Shown piece by piece: positions 8,170-18,033 of a stretch of DNA of 64,000 bases. Position numbers and translations under genes: made by a program. Each line of letters begins with the position of its first letter. Position 1 is the stretch's first letter. The stretch spans positions 1 through 64,000 of the IMG/VR virus record IMGVR_UViG_3300032829_000002, one strand, 5' to 3'. A model generated the notes under the pieces. The model saw only the letters and a program-made list of their open reading frames with translations, was not told the DNA's origin and ran no database searches. This DNA is from an uncultured virus (IMG/VR IMGVR_UViG_3300032829_000002) (taxonomy: Duplodnaviria; Heunggongvirae; Uroviricota; Caudoviricetes).

Positions 8170-10134
8170 GTGGCGCTTCACACCAAGACAGTCGAGTACG
8201 CGTTCACCGGTTCGGTCGGTCCGCAAACGGGTGGGTCGCAGCTTACCTTCTCGACGCTCACGGTGACCATCCCGGAGACCTCGAGTCGAACCTTCAAGAG
8301 CGTGATCCTCGTGATCATGTACAAGGGTTCGATCACGGCGTTGACGAGCAACACGACTGCGCCGACAGCAAGTTTGCAGCTCGGTGCCGCGTCTGCTTCG
8401 AACTACACCGTTGGCATCGACACGTCGGGCGGTGCCACGTACCTCGACATGGGGACGGAGCAGCACTGGATCGACGTCACGACGAACTTCACGACGAACT
8501 TCGGCGGCGGCACGACTCAGACCGCGGTCCTCAAGTTCCAGTGCCCGGTGGCGACGGGGAACATCTGCGCGAAGCTGATCATCACCTACGAGTGCGACGA
8601 CACAAACGACACTCGATGCAAGACGGTGCGCATTCCACTCGAAGGTGGAACGGGCGCGCTCACGGGAAGCCTCACGCAGGTCGGGGGCAGCGCCGAGATT
8701 CCGAACCTTTCGACGTTCCTCCCGGAGTCGAGCGTCACGGTGACGGACATCTTCTTCGAGGTGAACATCGCGCTGCGCAATCCGAACGCGAACAGTACGA
8801 CGTCGCTTGCGCTCGACTCAGAATCGGCCTTCACGCTCGACATTGTCCATAGCGGTGGAAGCAGTTCGAGCGATCAGGGAGTCGAGCGCTGGCTTTGGAA
8901 GCGCACGGACATGACGACGAACGCGACGCATGCGTTCAAAGCGTCGTGCAACCAGACGAACGCGAACTACGACATCTCAGTCGTGTTGCACGTGACGTAT
9001 ACGTACACGCACTCTACGAGTACGACGATCTTGAACTCGGTGATGATCCCGTTCGACATCTTGTCGTGGGGGGAGCAAGACATCACTTCTGTTACAAAGT
9101 TGATTGCGTACCCGTGCGAGTTCTGGATCGAAGAACCCGGCAGCATCACGATGGTGCAGTCGGCAATCCAAGTTAGGTGCGGGTACCAGATCGAAAGCAA
9201 CGCGGGAGACGCTCTCGAGCTGAAGGCCGGTGCCCAGGCAGGGTACACCGCGTACGCATCTCCAGACACCGCCGGATTCGTGAAGACGTGGGCGGCCGGA
9301 ACGCACGTTACACTTCAGCTTCGCTGTGACCCCAGTGCTACTGGTGGCGCAGCGTTTACGATCGCTCGAGGAAAGAACTCGACGTACTTCCAGCTCTATG
9401 CCAATGGCACGTTCAACAGCACGTATAACGTGATCAGTTGCACGTACGCCGTGCTCTACTTGAACTACACGAGCGGCAAGCACACCAACGGCGACGGTGT
9501 TCACAACAAGACAGTGTTCTGGGCTGGCTTCAACGACGTGTACAACGTCGGAGCTACGAACGACGTGTCGGTGACCGGGTTCGCGCTGAGCGAGTCGACG
9601 TCGTGGTGGAACAACGGGTTCGTGCCGCTCTACAAGACGACGCAGCACGACGGCTTCAACTTCACCTTTCAGTATCAAGGCGGTGAACTCCTTGGCAACG
9701 GATGGGGAACGGCAGCGGCGTGGGTGAACCCGAACTTCACGACGTTCCACGACCCTGGCTACGGTGCGAATCGCAAGCAGTGGGATCGTTTCTACAACGA
9801 CCCGGATACGACGCGAGCAAACCCCCTCGTGACGCGCACATGGAGAACAGTAGGCTCAGTGCCCGGAGGTTCTTCGACTGCGCTCATGTTCTACATGACG
9901 TACCACTCGATCGTGTACACGATTCAAGGCATCGTCCGTGGGTACACGGGAGCGGGGTCTGGCATCACTGTGAACGCCCACCGCTCGGACACCGGAGAGC
10001 TGATCGCTACGACCACGACAGCGAGCGGCGGCTCCTTCTCGATGTCGTGGTATGACAACACCATCCCGGTCTACACCGAGGCGTATCAAGACGCGACGCA
10101 CCTCGGAAGATCTGCCAACGCGACGGCGGTCTGA
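8170..10134 (+). CDS. Virion structural / tail appendage protein, beta-rich, with a short C-terminal Ig/transthyretin-like domain
   Basis: Thr/Ser/Gly-rich beta composition; C-terminal 'IQGIVRGY..AG..VNAHRSDTGELIATTTT...GSFS'; GGAG RBS before GTG. Confidence 0.55.
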   Translation: MALHTKTVEYAFTGSVGPQTGGSQLTFSTLTVTIPETSSRTFKSVILVIMYKGSITALTSNTTAPTASLQLGAASASNYTVGIDTSGGATYLDMGTEQHWIDVTTNFTTNFGGGTTQTAVLKFQCPVATGNICAKLIITYECDDTNDTRCKTVRIPLEGGTGALTGSLTQVGGSAEIPNLSTFLPESSVTVTDIFFEVNIALRNPNANSTTSLALDSESAFTLDIVHSGGSSSSDQGVERWLWKRTDMTTNATHAFKASCNQTNANYDISVVLHVTYTYTHSTSTTILNSVMIPFDILSWGEQDITSVTKLIAYPCEFWIEEPGSITMVQSAIQVRCGYQIESNAGDALELKAGAQAGYTAYASPDTAGFVKTWAAGTHVTLQLRCDPSATGGAAFTIARGKNSTYFQLYANGTFNSTYNVISCTYAVLYLNYTSGKHTNGDGVHNKTVFWAGFNDVYNVGATNDVSVTGFALSESTSWWNNGFVPLYKTTQHDGFNFTFQYQGGELLGNGWGTAAAWVNPNFTTFHDPGYGANRKQWDRFYNDPDTTRANPLVTRTWRTVGSVPGGSSTALMFYMTYHSIVYTIQGIVRGYTGAGSGITVNAHRSDTGELIATTTTASGGSFSMSWYDNTIPVYTEAYQDATHLGRSANATAV

Positions 10135-10514
10135 TGCTCTCTCCGATCTCTCCCGGTCTTCAGATTCCTGACAGCGTTCTTCACGACACGCTGCAAAGCG
10201 GCGACATCTTGAAAGAGGTGTCGACTGTCGACGGCCGTCATCTGTTGACGATCTTCCGAGAGAAGACGGGCAAGGGAAGACTCTGGTTGATGGTGCGCGA
10301 TCGAGAAGATACGAGGCAGCACCAGAACTCCGTCATGCTCGACGTGGAGCGTGCCTCGGTTGCCGTTCGTCACATTCGAGAGGCCGTCGGCTCGTTGAAG
10401 GTGGGGCACTCGGTGGCACTCATGCCGCAGCAGTTCAAGTTCAACGTTCGCGAGGCCAACGAGATTTGGCAGACGATCTCGAAGTGGATCGAAGAAGAGC
10501 TCACGAGGGAGTGA
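10134..10514 (+). CDS. Hypothetical protein (126 aa)
   Basis: TGATG overlap with the upstream gene; protein-like composition. Confidence 0.6.
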   Translation: MLSPISPGLQIPDSVLHDTLQSGDILKEVSTVDGRHLLTIFREKTGKGRLWLMVRDREDTRQHQNSVMLDVERASVAVRHIREAVGSLKVGHSVALMPQQFKFNVREANEIWQTISKWIEEELTRE

Positions 10515-10517
10515 CCC

Positions 10518-11333
10518 ATGGCTGGCTTCACCGGATACGACGATCTCATCAACCAAATTACGACCAACGGTCAGTACGACGATGGGCAAGGCTTCAAGGT
10601 CGGCTCTGCGATGCAGGGAGCTGGCTCGTGGCATCGTCTGTGGATCGCTGCTGGTCTTCCTGCGGCTGGAGCGGAGCCGGCGACAACGCCCGGTACGTCG
10701 TACTCGGGGTCGACCACCGCGATCACTTTTGCGAACGTCAGCACGAAGCAGCGATACCTTCTGTCCTTCGGCGCGTGCGCCACGCAGAACACGATGCTGA
10801 TGGTCTACGATCGCCTCGTAGGCGTCAGCGGTATCTCGACAGCTTCGACAGGAAACAAGACGGTCAACAGCACCACCCTGCCGCGGTACACGAGTGGCAC
10901 GAACGTGCAGTGCTGGCTCGAGGTCACGACCGCTTCTACGACCACCATCGCGACCGTCAACTTGAGCTCGTACACGGGTGACGTGAACGGCGCGAGCCAA
11001 GTGGGAGGCAACATCAGCTTCCCCGCGGCTGCTACGGTGAAGGACTGCGCCATTGGCCCCTTGCCGATCGCTGCCGGCGACAAGGGCGTCAAGAGCGTGC
11101 AGGTCGGGCTCAACGTCGGCACCGCGAACACCGCGGGCGTCGTGAACGTGGTGCTCATTCGTCCGTTGGCGTACTTGCCGTTGATTGCCAACCAGTGGAA
11201 CGAGCGAGATCTTGTTCTTCAGATCGCGGCGCTTCCGCAGATCTTCGATGGAGCGTCTCTTTCGTTTTACGCTTTGGCTACTGCGACGACCGCGACGAAC
11301 TTCTGGATGAACCTGCGTACTGCGTACAACTGA
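10518..11333 (+). CDS. Putative virion structural protein
   Basis: Gly/Ala/Thr-rich all-beta composition; GGAG RBS; tail cluster context. Confidence 0.55.
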   Translation: MAGFTGYDDLINQITTNGQYDDGQGFKVGSAMQGAGSWHRLWIAAGLPAAGAEPATTPGTSYSGSTTAITFANVSTKQRYLLSFGACATQNTMLMVYDRLVGVSGISTASTGNKTVNSTTLPRYTSGTNVQCWLEVTTASTTTIATVNLSSYTGDVNGASQVGGNISFPAAATVKDCAIGPLPIAAGDKGVKSVQVGLNVGTANTAGVVNVVLIRPLAYLPLIANQWNERDLVLQIAALPQIFDGASLSFYALATATTATNFWMNLRTAYN

Positions 11334-11344
11334 CGTGGTGAAGC

Positions 11345-14300
11345 GTGGCTGGTCAAAACTTCTTCGGAGGCGTTCGAGGTAACTTCACCGGCACGGACGG
11401 TGGCTGGTACCTCGCGTTCAAGAAGTTCTCTCCGAGTCAGCCCGATACTGTCGCTACGAACACAGGTCACTGGTATCGCGAACCGAACACGCACTCGGCG
11501 TCGATTCGTGACTCATTTCCTTTCAAGCGTGCATTCTACGATCGTCCGCTAGCAACAGGTGTCGACGCTGGACTCCTGTCCACGCTGTCCATCACGGACA
11601 AGCTTGTTCTCAGCAGTGTGCCGCTTGGGTTCAAGGACACCCTTGCGGTTGTCGACGTTCTTGTCGTTGAAGACATCCGCTTCACGATCACCTTCTCGAG
11701 CGGGAACAGCGCTTCTCTCTTCGATGTTTCGTTTCCGATCAATCGGTTCGTCACGGCAGACACTGCGTCGGTCACGGACTCGGTGGCTGTCGATCGACAA
11801 GAGTTCCGCTCGAGCACGGACACTGCTTCGGTCACGGACTCAGTCACTGCGACGAAGATCAGCTCGGGTACCACCTACGATCGAGCGGCAACGGACACTG
11901 CGAGCGTCACCGATTCGGTAGCGCGCGACAAGCAAGCCTTCCGTACTGTCTCGGACACTGCGGCGGTCACGGACTCGGTAGCGCGAGATCGACAAGTCTT
12001 TCGCGCAGTCTCGGATTCGGTTTCATCTTCGGACACGGCGGCGCGGGACAAGCAGGCGTTTCGTGCAGTCTCGGACACGGCGGCGGTCACCGACTCCGCT
12101 GCTCGAGACAAGCAAGCCTTTCGCGCCATCTCCGATACCGCGGCGGTCACCGACACGGTTGCGCGCGACAAGCAAGCGTTTCGAACAGTCAGCGACACTG
12201 CGGCAGTCACCGACTCCGTCGCGCGCGACAAGCAGGCGTTCCGCGCGGTCACGGACACCGCCTCCGTAGCGGACACACTTGCGAAGACCGCGCAGTGGAA
12301 TCGCGTGCCTTCGGACACGGCGTCGGTCACCGACACTGTCGCGAGGGACAAGCAGGCGTTTCGCGCGGTGTCCGACACCGCATCGGTCACCGATACGATC
12401 GCCAGGGACAAGCAGGCGTTCCGCGCGGTCACCGACACGGCAGCCATCACCGACGCGGCTGCGCGCGACAAGCAGGCATTCCGAGCCGTAACGGATACGG
12501 CTGCTGTAACGGATGCTCTCTCGAAGAACGCGCAGTGGAACCGAGTACCTTCAGACACGGCGACGTCGACAGACACGCTGGCGCGGGATGTCCAGTACGC
12601 ACGATCAAGTAATGACACTGCGGGCGTCACCGACTCGGCTTCTGTTGCGCTCATTCGTCAGATCACCGTCACGGTCAGCGACACCGCGAGCGTCACCGAC
12701 TCTCTCGTTCGGAACGTCCAGTACATTCGAACGGCGTCGGATACTGCGGCGTCTTCTGATTCGGTCGCGCGTGACAAGCAGGCATTTCGAGCGATCACGG
12801 ACACCGCGACCGTCTCGGACACGGCTGCTCGAGATAAGCAAGCGTTCCGCACCGCGGCTGACACGGCGACTGTCTCTGACACGACGAAGAAGGACGCTCA
12901 GTTCTTGCGCCTCTTGTCGGATGCGCCGACGACTTCGGACTCGGTCGCGCGTGACAAGCAAGCCTTTCGCTCGGCGAGCGATACCGCGTCTGTCACCGAC
13001 ACGCTGCTTCGCAGCACGCAGACGAACCGAGTCGTCACCGACACGCTCGCAACAACCGACTCAGTTGCACGGGACGCTCAGAAGTTCCGTACGATCTCCG
13101 ACACCGCGAGCGTTTCAGACTCCGTCGTTCGGCTGAAGTACGGCTTCTATTCCATCTCCTTGAGTGACACCGCGACGGTGACGGACACCGTTGCGAGAGA
13201 CAAGCAAGCGTTCCGTGCTGCTTCGGATGCGCTCTCGGTCACTGACTCGATCACACGAGATCGACAAGTCTTCCGTGCGGTCACTGATACCGCTGCGCTC
13301 ACGGATACGTTGCTTCGCAACGTCCAGTACATCCGTACGATCACCGACACAGCCAGCGCAGCAGACGCAGTCGTCGTTAGCAAGGCTGGCGTCATCCTCA
13401 TCAGCGCGAACGACACGGTCACTACGAGTGACGGCGTCGTAAGAAGCACCCAGTCCATCCGAGCAACGTCGGATAGCGCCTCCGTCACGGACGCTGTCTC
13501 GGCATCGGTCCTGCGGCAGATCGATCGCACTGTCAGCGATACAGCGTCTGTTTCCGACTCCGTTCTTCGCGGAGTCGAGTACTACCGCCCGCGCACGGAC
13601 TCGGTTTCTTCTACTGACGCCGCCTCCACCAGTGCGACGTACAACAAGACGTCGACGGATTCGATTGCGGCGTCGGATACGGCAACGGCACTTCTTGCCA
13701 AGACGTACCTTCGCACCGCTTCCGATACAGCCGTGGTTCTCGACAGTGTCTCGAAGACGGTCGAGTACAACAAGCCCGTCACCGACGCTGCTTCGACGTC
13801 AGATGCGCTTACGACGGCGCGCGTCGTCAACAAGATCGTCTCCGATTCGGCGTCCACGACGGACGCAGTTAGCGCGCAGAGCGCGGGCTTCTTCAACATC
13901 GTCGTTTCGGACACGGCGTCCGTTTCGGACACGCTCAACAAGGATGTGCAGTACCGCCGTTCGTCGACGGATACTGCGGCGGTCACCGATTCGACGGCGA
14001 GAGACAAGCAGGCATTCCGAACGGTCACCGACACTGCGGCAGTCACCGACTCGGTGAAGAGAGATCGTCAGGTCTTCCGTTCCTTGTCGGACGTTGCGAC
14101 GGTCACCGACACTTCAAAGCGCGATGCGCAGTACGCACGCGCCGCTTCCGATTCTTCTAGTGTCACCGACGCGACGGCTACATCGAAGACGGCGTACCGC
14201 GCGGCAAGCGACACGGCGTCTGTCACGGACCAGGCGAGAGTCATCGTCGATCGATTCCCGCACGATGCGGTCGCGGTGGTCGACACGATTGCACGTCGTG

Positions 14301-15166
14301 TCGACTTCTATCGTCCGCTCACTGATGCAGTCGGCATCACCGAGTCGATTCAAGCGGGAACGAGCAAGAGCGAAGACATCTCTCTTTCAGACTCGATCGC
14401 TGTCTCGGATGTAACGAGTCGCTCGAGCTCCAAGAACATCAGTCGATCGGACGCGGTCTCGGCGACGGACTCGCTGAAGAAAGATGCGCAGTACCTCCGC
14501 AGTAAGACGGACGCGGTCTCGGCGACGGATGCAGCCCTTCGTAGTACGCAGACGTCGAGGTCGACGTCAGATGCCCTTGCAACGAGTGACACGCTCGTTG
14601 TTCAGCCCTTCCGTTTCTTCACTGTATCGATCGCAGACGCTGCCTCGGTGACGGACTCGTTGGCCGAGACGGAGGTGAAGGACGTCTCTCTATCGGACAG
14701 CATCACGACCTCAGACGTCTTGCTGCGCAAGGTCGAGTACGTGCGCGCAGCCGTCGAAGCTGCAACCGTCAGCGACTTTACGAAGACGGATGCCTACCGG
14801 CTGCTTCTCGTCTCCCTCTCCGACAGCGTGGCTGCTTCCGATGCGATCGCGTCAGGTCGAGAGCTCTTCCGTAAGGCTTCGGATGCTGCGGCGGTGGCCG
14901 ATACGCTTGCCCTCGCTGGCCTCTTCGAGCGCCCGCTGAGCGACGTTCTCGGCATCCACGACCTCGTAGGTGAGCTGCCGGGATTCGTGCCTCCACACGC
15001 CACGGGGAAGCCCGGACCGACCGTGGGCGCCCCCTACCTCGCAGGAGGTATTCGATCTGGGGTGGAGTCGGCTGAGCAGTTGGCGGACCCTCGCGCAAAT
15101 CGCGCTCTTCCGCCTGCGATGCAGCCGCAAAATCGCGTCAGAGCCACGAAACCATCAGGAACGTAG
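11345..15166 (+). CDS. Long Ser/Thr/Ala/Asp-rich 20-aa-repeat fibre/whisker protein (1273 aa)
   Basis: About 50 tandem units of consensus DTA(A/S)VTDSVARDKQAFRAVS. Confidence 0.7.
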   Translation: MAGQNFFGGVRGNFTGTDGGWYLAFKKFSPSQPDTVATNTGHWYREPNTHSASIRDSFPFKRAFYDRPLATGVDAGLLSTLSITDKLVLSSVPLGFKDTLAVVDVLVVEDIRFTITFSSGNSASLFDVSFPINRFVTADTASVTDSVAVDRQEFRSSTDTASVTDSVTATKISSGTTYDRAATDTASVTDSVARDKQAFRTVSDTAAVTDSVARDRQVFRAVSDSVSSSDTAARDKQAFRAVSDTAAVTDSAARDKQAFRAISDTAAVTDTVARDKQAFRTVSDTAAVTDSVARDKQAFRAVTDTASVADTLAKTAQWNRVPSDTASVTDTVARDKQAFRAVSDTASVTDTIARDKQAFRAVTDTAAITDAAARDKQAFRAVTDTAAVTDALSKNAQWNRVPSDTATSTDTLARDVQYARSSNDTAGVTDSASVALIRQITVTVSDTASVTDSLVRNVQYIRTASDTAASSDSVARDKQAFRAITDTATVSDTAARDKQAFRTAADTATVSDTTKKDAQFLRLLSDAPTTSDSVARDKQAFRSASDTASVTDTLLRSTQTNRVVTDTLATTDSVARDAQKFRTISDTASVSDSVVRLKYGFYSISLSDTATVTDTVARDKQAFRAASDALSVTDSITRDRQVFRAVTDTAALTDTLLRNVQYIRTITDTASAADAVVVSKAGVILISANDTVTTSDGVVRSTQSIRATSDSASVTDAVSASVLRQIDRTVSDTASVSDSVLRGVEYYRPRTDSVSSTDAASTSATYNKTSTDSIAASDTATALLAKTYLRTASDTAVVLDSVSKTVEYNKPVTDAASTSDALTTARVVNKIVSDSASTTDAVSAQSAGFFNIVVSDTASVSDTLNKDVQYRRSSTDTAAVTDSTARDKQAFRTVTDTAAVTDSVKRDRQVFRSLSDVATVTDTSKRDAQYARAASDSSSVTDATATSKTAYRAASDTASVTDQARVIVDRFPHDAVAVVDTIARRVDFYRPLTDAVGITESIQAGTSKSEDISLSDSIAVSDVTSRSSSKNISRSDAVSATDSLKKDAQYLRSKTDAVSATDAALRSTQTSRSTSDALATSDTLVVQPFRFFTVSIADAASVTDSLAETEVKDVSLSDSITTSDVLLRKVEYVRAAVEAATVSDFTKTDAYRLLLVSLSDSVAASDAIASGRELFRKASDAAAVADTLALAGLFERPLSDVLGIHDLVGELPGFVPPHATGKPGPTVGAPYLAGGIRSGVESAEQLADPRANRALPPAMQPQNRVRATKPSGT
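11760..14950 (+). repeat. Intragenic tandem repeat of about 60 bp (20 aa), degenerate toward both ends
   Basis: Recurring 'gacaagcaggcgtt(c/t)cg' and 'gcggcggtcaccgac' at 60-nt periodicity, clearest at 11900-12500. Confidence 0.9.
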
Positions 15167-15173
15167 GCGCCGG

Positions 15174-15203
15174 GGGCTAAAAAGAAGGGGGTCACCCCTT
15201 CTT
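15174..15203 (-). terminator. Intrinsic terminator at a convergent gene junction (possibly bidirectional)
   Basis: Stem aagaagggg/ccccttctt (15182-15203) with a 4-nt loop, followed on the minus strand by TTTAGCCC. Confidence 0.7.
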
Positions 15204-15788
15204 CGGCACGAACCAGCCCTCGGGGAGCTCGACCGTAAGCAGCTTGGTCTGCTCATCGCTCTTCCAGTACGGCGCGCAGAGCGCGAGCAAGTTGCTGCCG
15301 CAAATCATGAGGAGGTCGTCTCGTCCTCCTTCGCGCATGAAGAACGCAGGCGCTTGGTAGACCTTCGCCAGGGGTTCTTGCCATCCGGCCAACGTTCGCG
15401 CGAGTACGGGCACCGTGTAGTAGCTGTCCCCGATGCAGACGTTCGGTTGCTCCTTTTCCCAGATGGCCTCGACCTCCTCCTTGGTCCACGTAGGCTCCCC
15501 CACGATCTCTTTCAAAAGCAGCGCGTCGAGAACTCCGACTTCTTTGCTCTGCTCTTGGGCAGCACGTACGACCTCGAGAATCTTCTGAAACGGCTCGGTC
15601 GTGCTCGCTGTCTCGAACGTGTGCGCGCTTTCGATTCCGGGAAGAGAATGAGCCACCACGATCGAGCACAAGTCCGTGCCGAAGGTGTAGACGTCTCCGT
15701 CACTCATCAGAACGGAGAGCGGCTCACGAGGTGCTTTGGTGCCGTCGTTGTAGCGGCACAGGTTCTTGAACCATTCGAGTGTGTCCAT
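15192..15788 (-). CDS. Hypothetical protein
   Basis: ATG at 15788 preceded by GGAGG. Confidence 0.65.
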   Translation of the reverse strand: MDTLEWFKNLCRYNDGTKAPREPLSVLMSDGDVYTFGTDLCSIVVAHSLPGIESAHTFETASTTEPFQKILEVVRAAQEQSKEVGVLDALLLKEIVGEPTWTKEEVEAIWEKEQPNVCIGDSYYTVPVLARTLAGWQEPLAKVYQAPAFFMREGGRDDLLMICGSNLLALCAPYWKSDEQTKLLTVELPEGWFVPKKG

Positions 15789-15797
15789 TCGCCTCCA

Positions 15798-15831
15798 AAG
15801 AAGAAGGCCAGGTACCTCGCGGTACCTGGCC
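15798..15831 (-). terminator. Intrinsic terminator with GNRA tetraloop
   Basis: Perfect 11-bp stem ggccaggtacc-GCGA-ggtacctggcc followed by TTCTTCTTT on the minus strand. Confidence 0.75.
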
Positions 15832-15889
15832 ACCCTTCATCCGAAGTCATCGGGGCGCGGCCACCGGGCACCAGGCCACGGCGGAACGC

Positions 15890-16612
15890 TCACCCCTTCT
15901 TCTTGGCTTTTCCCATGGCCACCAGGGCGTCCTGAATGCCAGGAGCCTCCTCGAGCGCAGCGGCGAGCAAGTCCTGCGTCGACGCTTCGATGTTCTGCTG
16001 GAGCCCGACGACGACCAGCCCCATGCAGACGGCGACCTGGTTGCGGAGGAACTCGAGCTCGTCCAAGATCTCCCGCTTGTCGTCCTTGGCGGACTTGGCG
16101 ACCTTGGCCTCGAGGTTGCCGATGGCCGTCAGCACGGGCGTCAGGTCGACGCTCGCGGCAACCGTCGGGACAGGGGCTGCGGGTTGAGGAGCCGGGGCCG
16201 GAGCGGCCGCGGCGGGTGCCCCGTTGTTCTGCGGCGTGCGACGAAGCTGGCGCTTGCCTTCGGACGGAGCTGCTGCCGTCGGGGCCGGAGCGGCTGCCGC
16301 GGGCACCATTGCTGCCGGCATCATCGGGGCAGTGGCGCCGTTGACGTGCGCCGGAGGCGTGAACGTCGGCTGGGGCGCGGCCGCGGGTGCCTCGGGAGTG
16401 CCACCGGCACGGTCGAAGTTCTGGAGCGCCTTGAGAATCTCCTCGGCCTGCTTCTCCGTCGGCATTCCCATGAAGGCGACGTTCTGGTCGTCGCTGTTCG
16501 TCAAGCCGAGGGCGCGTGCGAGGTTGCGCAGAGCGAAGCGGCCGGCGCGCGTGAGAAGCACGACGTCACGGGGAGCGTTCTGCGGGGTCAGCGAAGCGAT
16601 GGGGCTGGTCAT
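15890..16612 (-). CDS. Hypothetical protein with a Pro/Ala-rich linker and C-terminal coiled coil
   Basis: ATG at 16612 with GAGG RBS; ATGA overlap with the upstream gene. Confidence 0.65.
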   Translation of the reverse strand: MTSPIASLTPQNAPRDVVLLTRAGRFALRNLARALGLTNSDDQNVAFMGMPTEKQAEEILKALQNFDRAGGTPEAPAAAPQPTFTPPAHVNGATAPMMPAAMVPAAAAPAPTAAAPSEGKRQLRRTPQNNGAPAAAAPAPAPQPAAPVPTVAASVDLTPVLTAIGNLEAKVAKSAKDDKREILDELEFLRNQVAVCMGLVVVGLQQNIEASTQDLLAAALEEAPGIQDALVAMGKAKKKG

Positions 16613-16989
16613 GTCGTTTTCTTCCTCTTGAGTTCGATCAACTGCTTTTTGATGAATGGTTGCATCTGCTCGTTCTCGACCAGACACGCATAGACTTGTG
16701 CGTCCACGCACCCGTAGCAGGCACGTGGGTCACCCGTCTTTGCGGGGCAGACGAGCTGACTTCGAAGCCTTGCCCAGTACTCGATGACGAACGCCATGAT
16801 GGCGTCTCGCCACATGTTGACGATGAAGTCGTTGAACTGGTCTTGCTGGGGCTCCTCGAGTCCTTCGAGTAGAGCGATGAGCTGCTCCTTCGAGTACGTC
16901 GGCACGACAGGAATACCTGCTCGCTGGCACACCTGGAGCAGCTCGGTGTGGTTGCACTTCTCCCAGCTAGAGGGCGAGTAGTTCTCCAA
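16609..16989 (-). CDS. Hypothetical Cys-containing protein with a possible N-terminal SAP/HeH-like motif
   Basis: 'ELLQVCQRAGIPV...SKEQLIALL' and CP...CYGC...C. Confidence 0.55.
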   Translation of the reverse strand: MENYSPSSWEKCNHTELLQVCQRAGIPVVPTYSKEQLIALLEGLEEPQQDQFNDFIVNMWRDAIMAFVIEYWARLRSQLVCPAKTGDPRACYGCVDAQVYACLVENEQMQPFIKKQLIELKRKKTT

Positions 16990-17401
16990 TCGGTGGTACC
17001 TCCTCTTGCGTGTTCCAGAGGAACACCTCGGTCAAAGGCGGACCCTGTCGCTTCTCGACGATGACGATCATGTGCTGCGAATCGTCGATGCCACAGGCAT
17101 CCTTCACGCAGTCCTCCAGCAGCTTGATGCGGTTGCTGGCGTCGAGAGTCTTGTACCTGTTTTTCGTCTTCTTTGGCCAGTCCTTCGTTTCGAGACGGTC
17201 GAAGTGCAGACGGAAGTACACCACGTACGGTTCGTTTTGTCGGACCTTGGCGATCATGAGCGGGTAGCTGCGTGCTATGTACGAGACCGTTTCGTTCTTG
17301 TACTTCTGTCCCTCCTTCGTTAGGGACCGCCCGCCGCCCGCTCGATTGAAGTACGCGTGGTTGGCAGATGGGGGCAGCCCCGGAATCCTCATGTGGATCA
17401 T
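16967..17401 (-). CDS. rusA: RusA-like Holliday junction resolvase
   Basis: 'PPSANH' N-terminus and 'DASNRIKLLEDCVKDACGIDDSQ' (DxxNxxKxxxD...DD). Confidence 0.75.
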   Translation of the reverse strand: MIHMRIPGLPPSANHAYFNRAGGGRSLTKEGQKYKNETVSYIARSYPLMIAKVRQNEPYVVYFRLHFDRLETKDWPKKTKNRYKTLDASNRIKLLEDCVKDACGIDDSQHMIVIVEKRQGPPLTEVFLWNTQEEVPPIGELLAL

Positions 17402-17403
17402 GC

Positions 17404-18033
17404 TTACCTCGTGATTGGCTGAAACCGTCGGCCGCGCCGGGGCATGTTGTTTTCGTGCACGCCTCCTTCGATCTCTTGCCGGCGGATCTCCACTTGTCGT
17501 GAGATGACTGTCATGTTCCTGTCAGCGATCTCGAGCATCGCTTTCAAGCGCATCTTGTATTGGGTCATCCGCTGCACCTGGAGAAGTGCTTCTTGGTACG
17601 ATGGATGAACGAGAACCTTGTTCTTCAGCTCGTCGCTGGTGAGCTTCTCGGCCTTCGACAGGAGCTTGTTCTCTTCGTAGAGACCGTCCTTGATGGCGGC
17701 CTCGGTGAGATCGAACGTGTTCTTCGCCTCGAGGAGAGCTACCTCGACGCTTGCGAAGATGGGCGTCAGGTAGTTGAACCACGCAAGCTGCTTGGCGTAC
17801 AGGTCCGTGTACTCCTTGCTGTTCGTCGTGGTCAGGTTCTCCCGCGTGATGACGGGGAGCTCGAAGTTGGGTTTGGGCTGGTCCGTGACTCCCATCTTGA
17901 CGAGCTCCTCTTCGATTGCGGTCTGCGTGGCGAAGGTGTCCGCGATCTTGTCGAGCTTCGACTGCGGTGCGCCCACGCCGAGGGTGATCTGAAGACCACC
18001 CCCGTTGTTCACCGGCGTTCGCTCCTGCGTCAT
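17404..18033 (-). CDS. Coiled-coil protein, possible UvsY-like recombination mediator
   Basis: Helical; C-terminal 'TSDELKNKVLVHPSYQEA...ISRQVEIRRQE' is reminiscent of UvsY; lies in the recA cluster. Confidence 0.4.
   Translation of the reverse strand: MTQERTPVNNGGGLQITLGVGAPQSKLDKIADTFATQTAIEEELVKMGVTDQPKPNFELPVITRENLTTTNSKEYTDLYAKQLAWFNYLTPIFASVEVALLEAKNTFDLTEAAIKDGLYEENKLLSKAEKLTSDELKNKVLVHPSYQEALLQVQRMTQYKMRLKAMLEIADRNMTVISRQVEIRRQEIEGGVHENNMPRRGRRFQPITR

Noticed and set aside
11760..14950. 60-bp periodic repeats as a CRISPR array or non-coding repeat
   Set aside because: The repeats are in frame within one ORF, vary mainly at synonymous positions and have no unique spacers.
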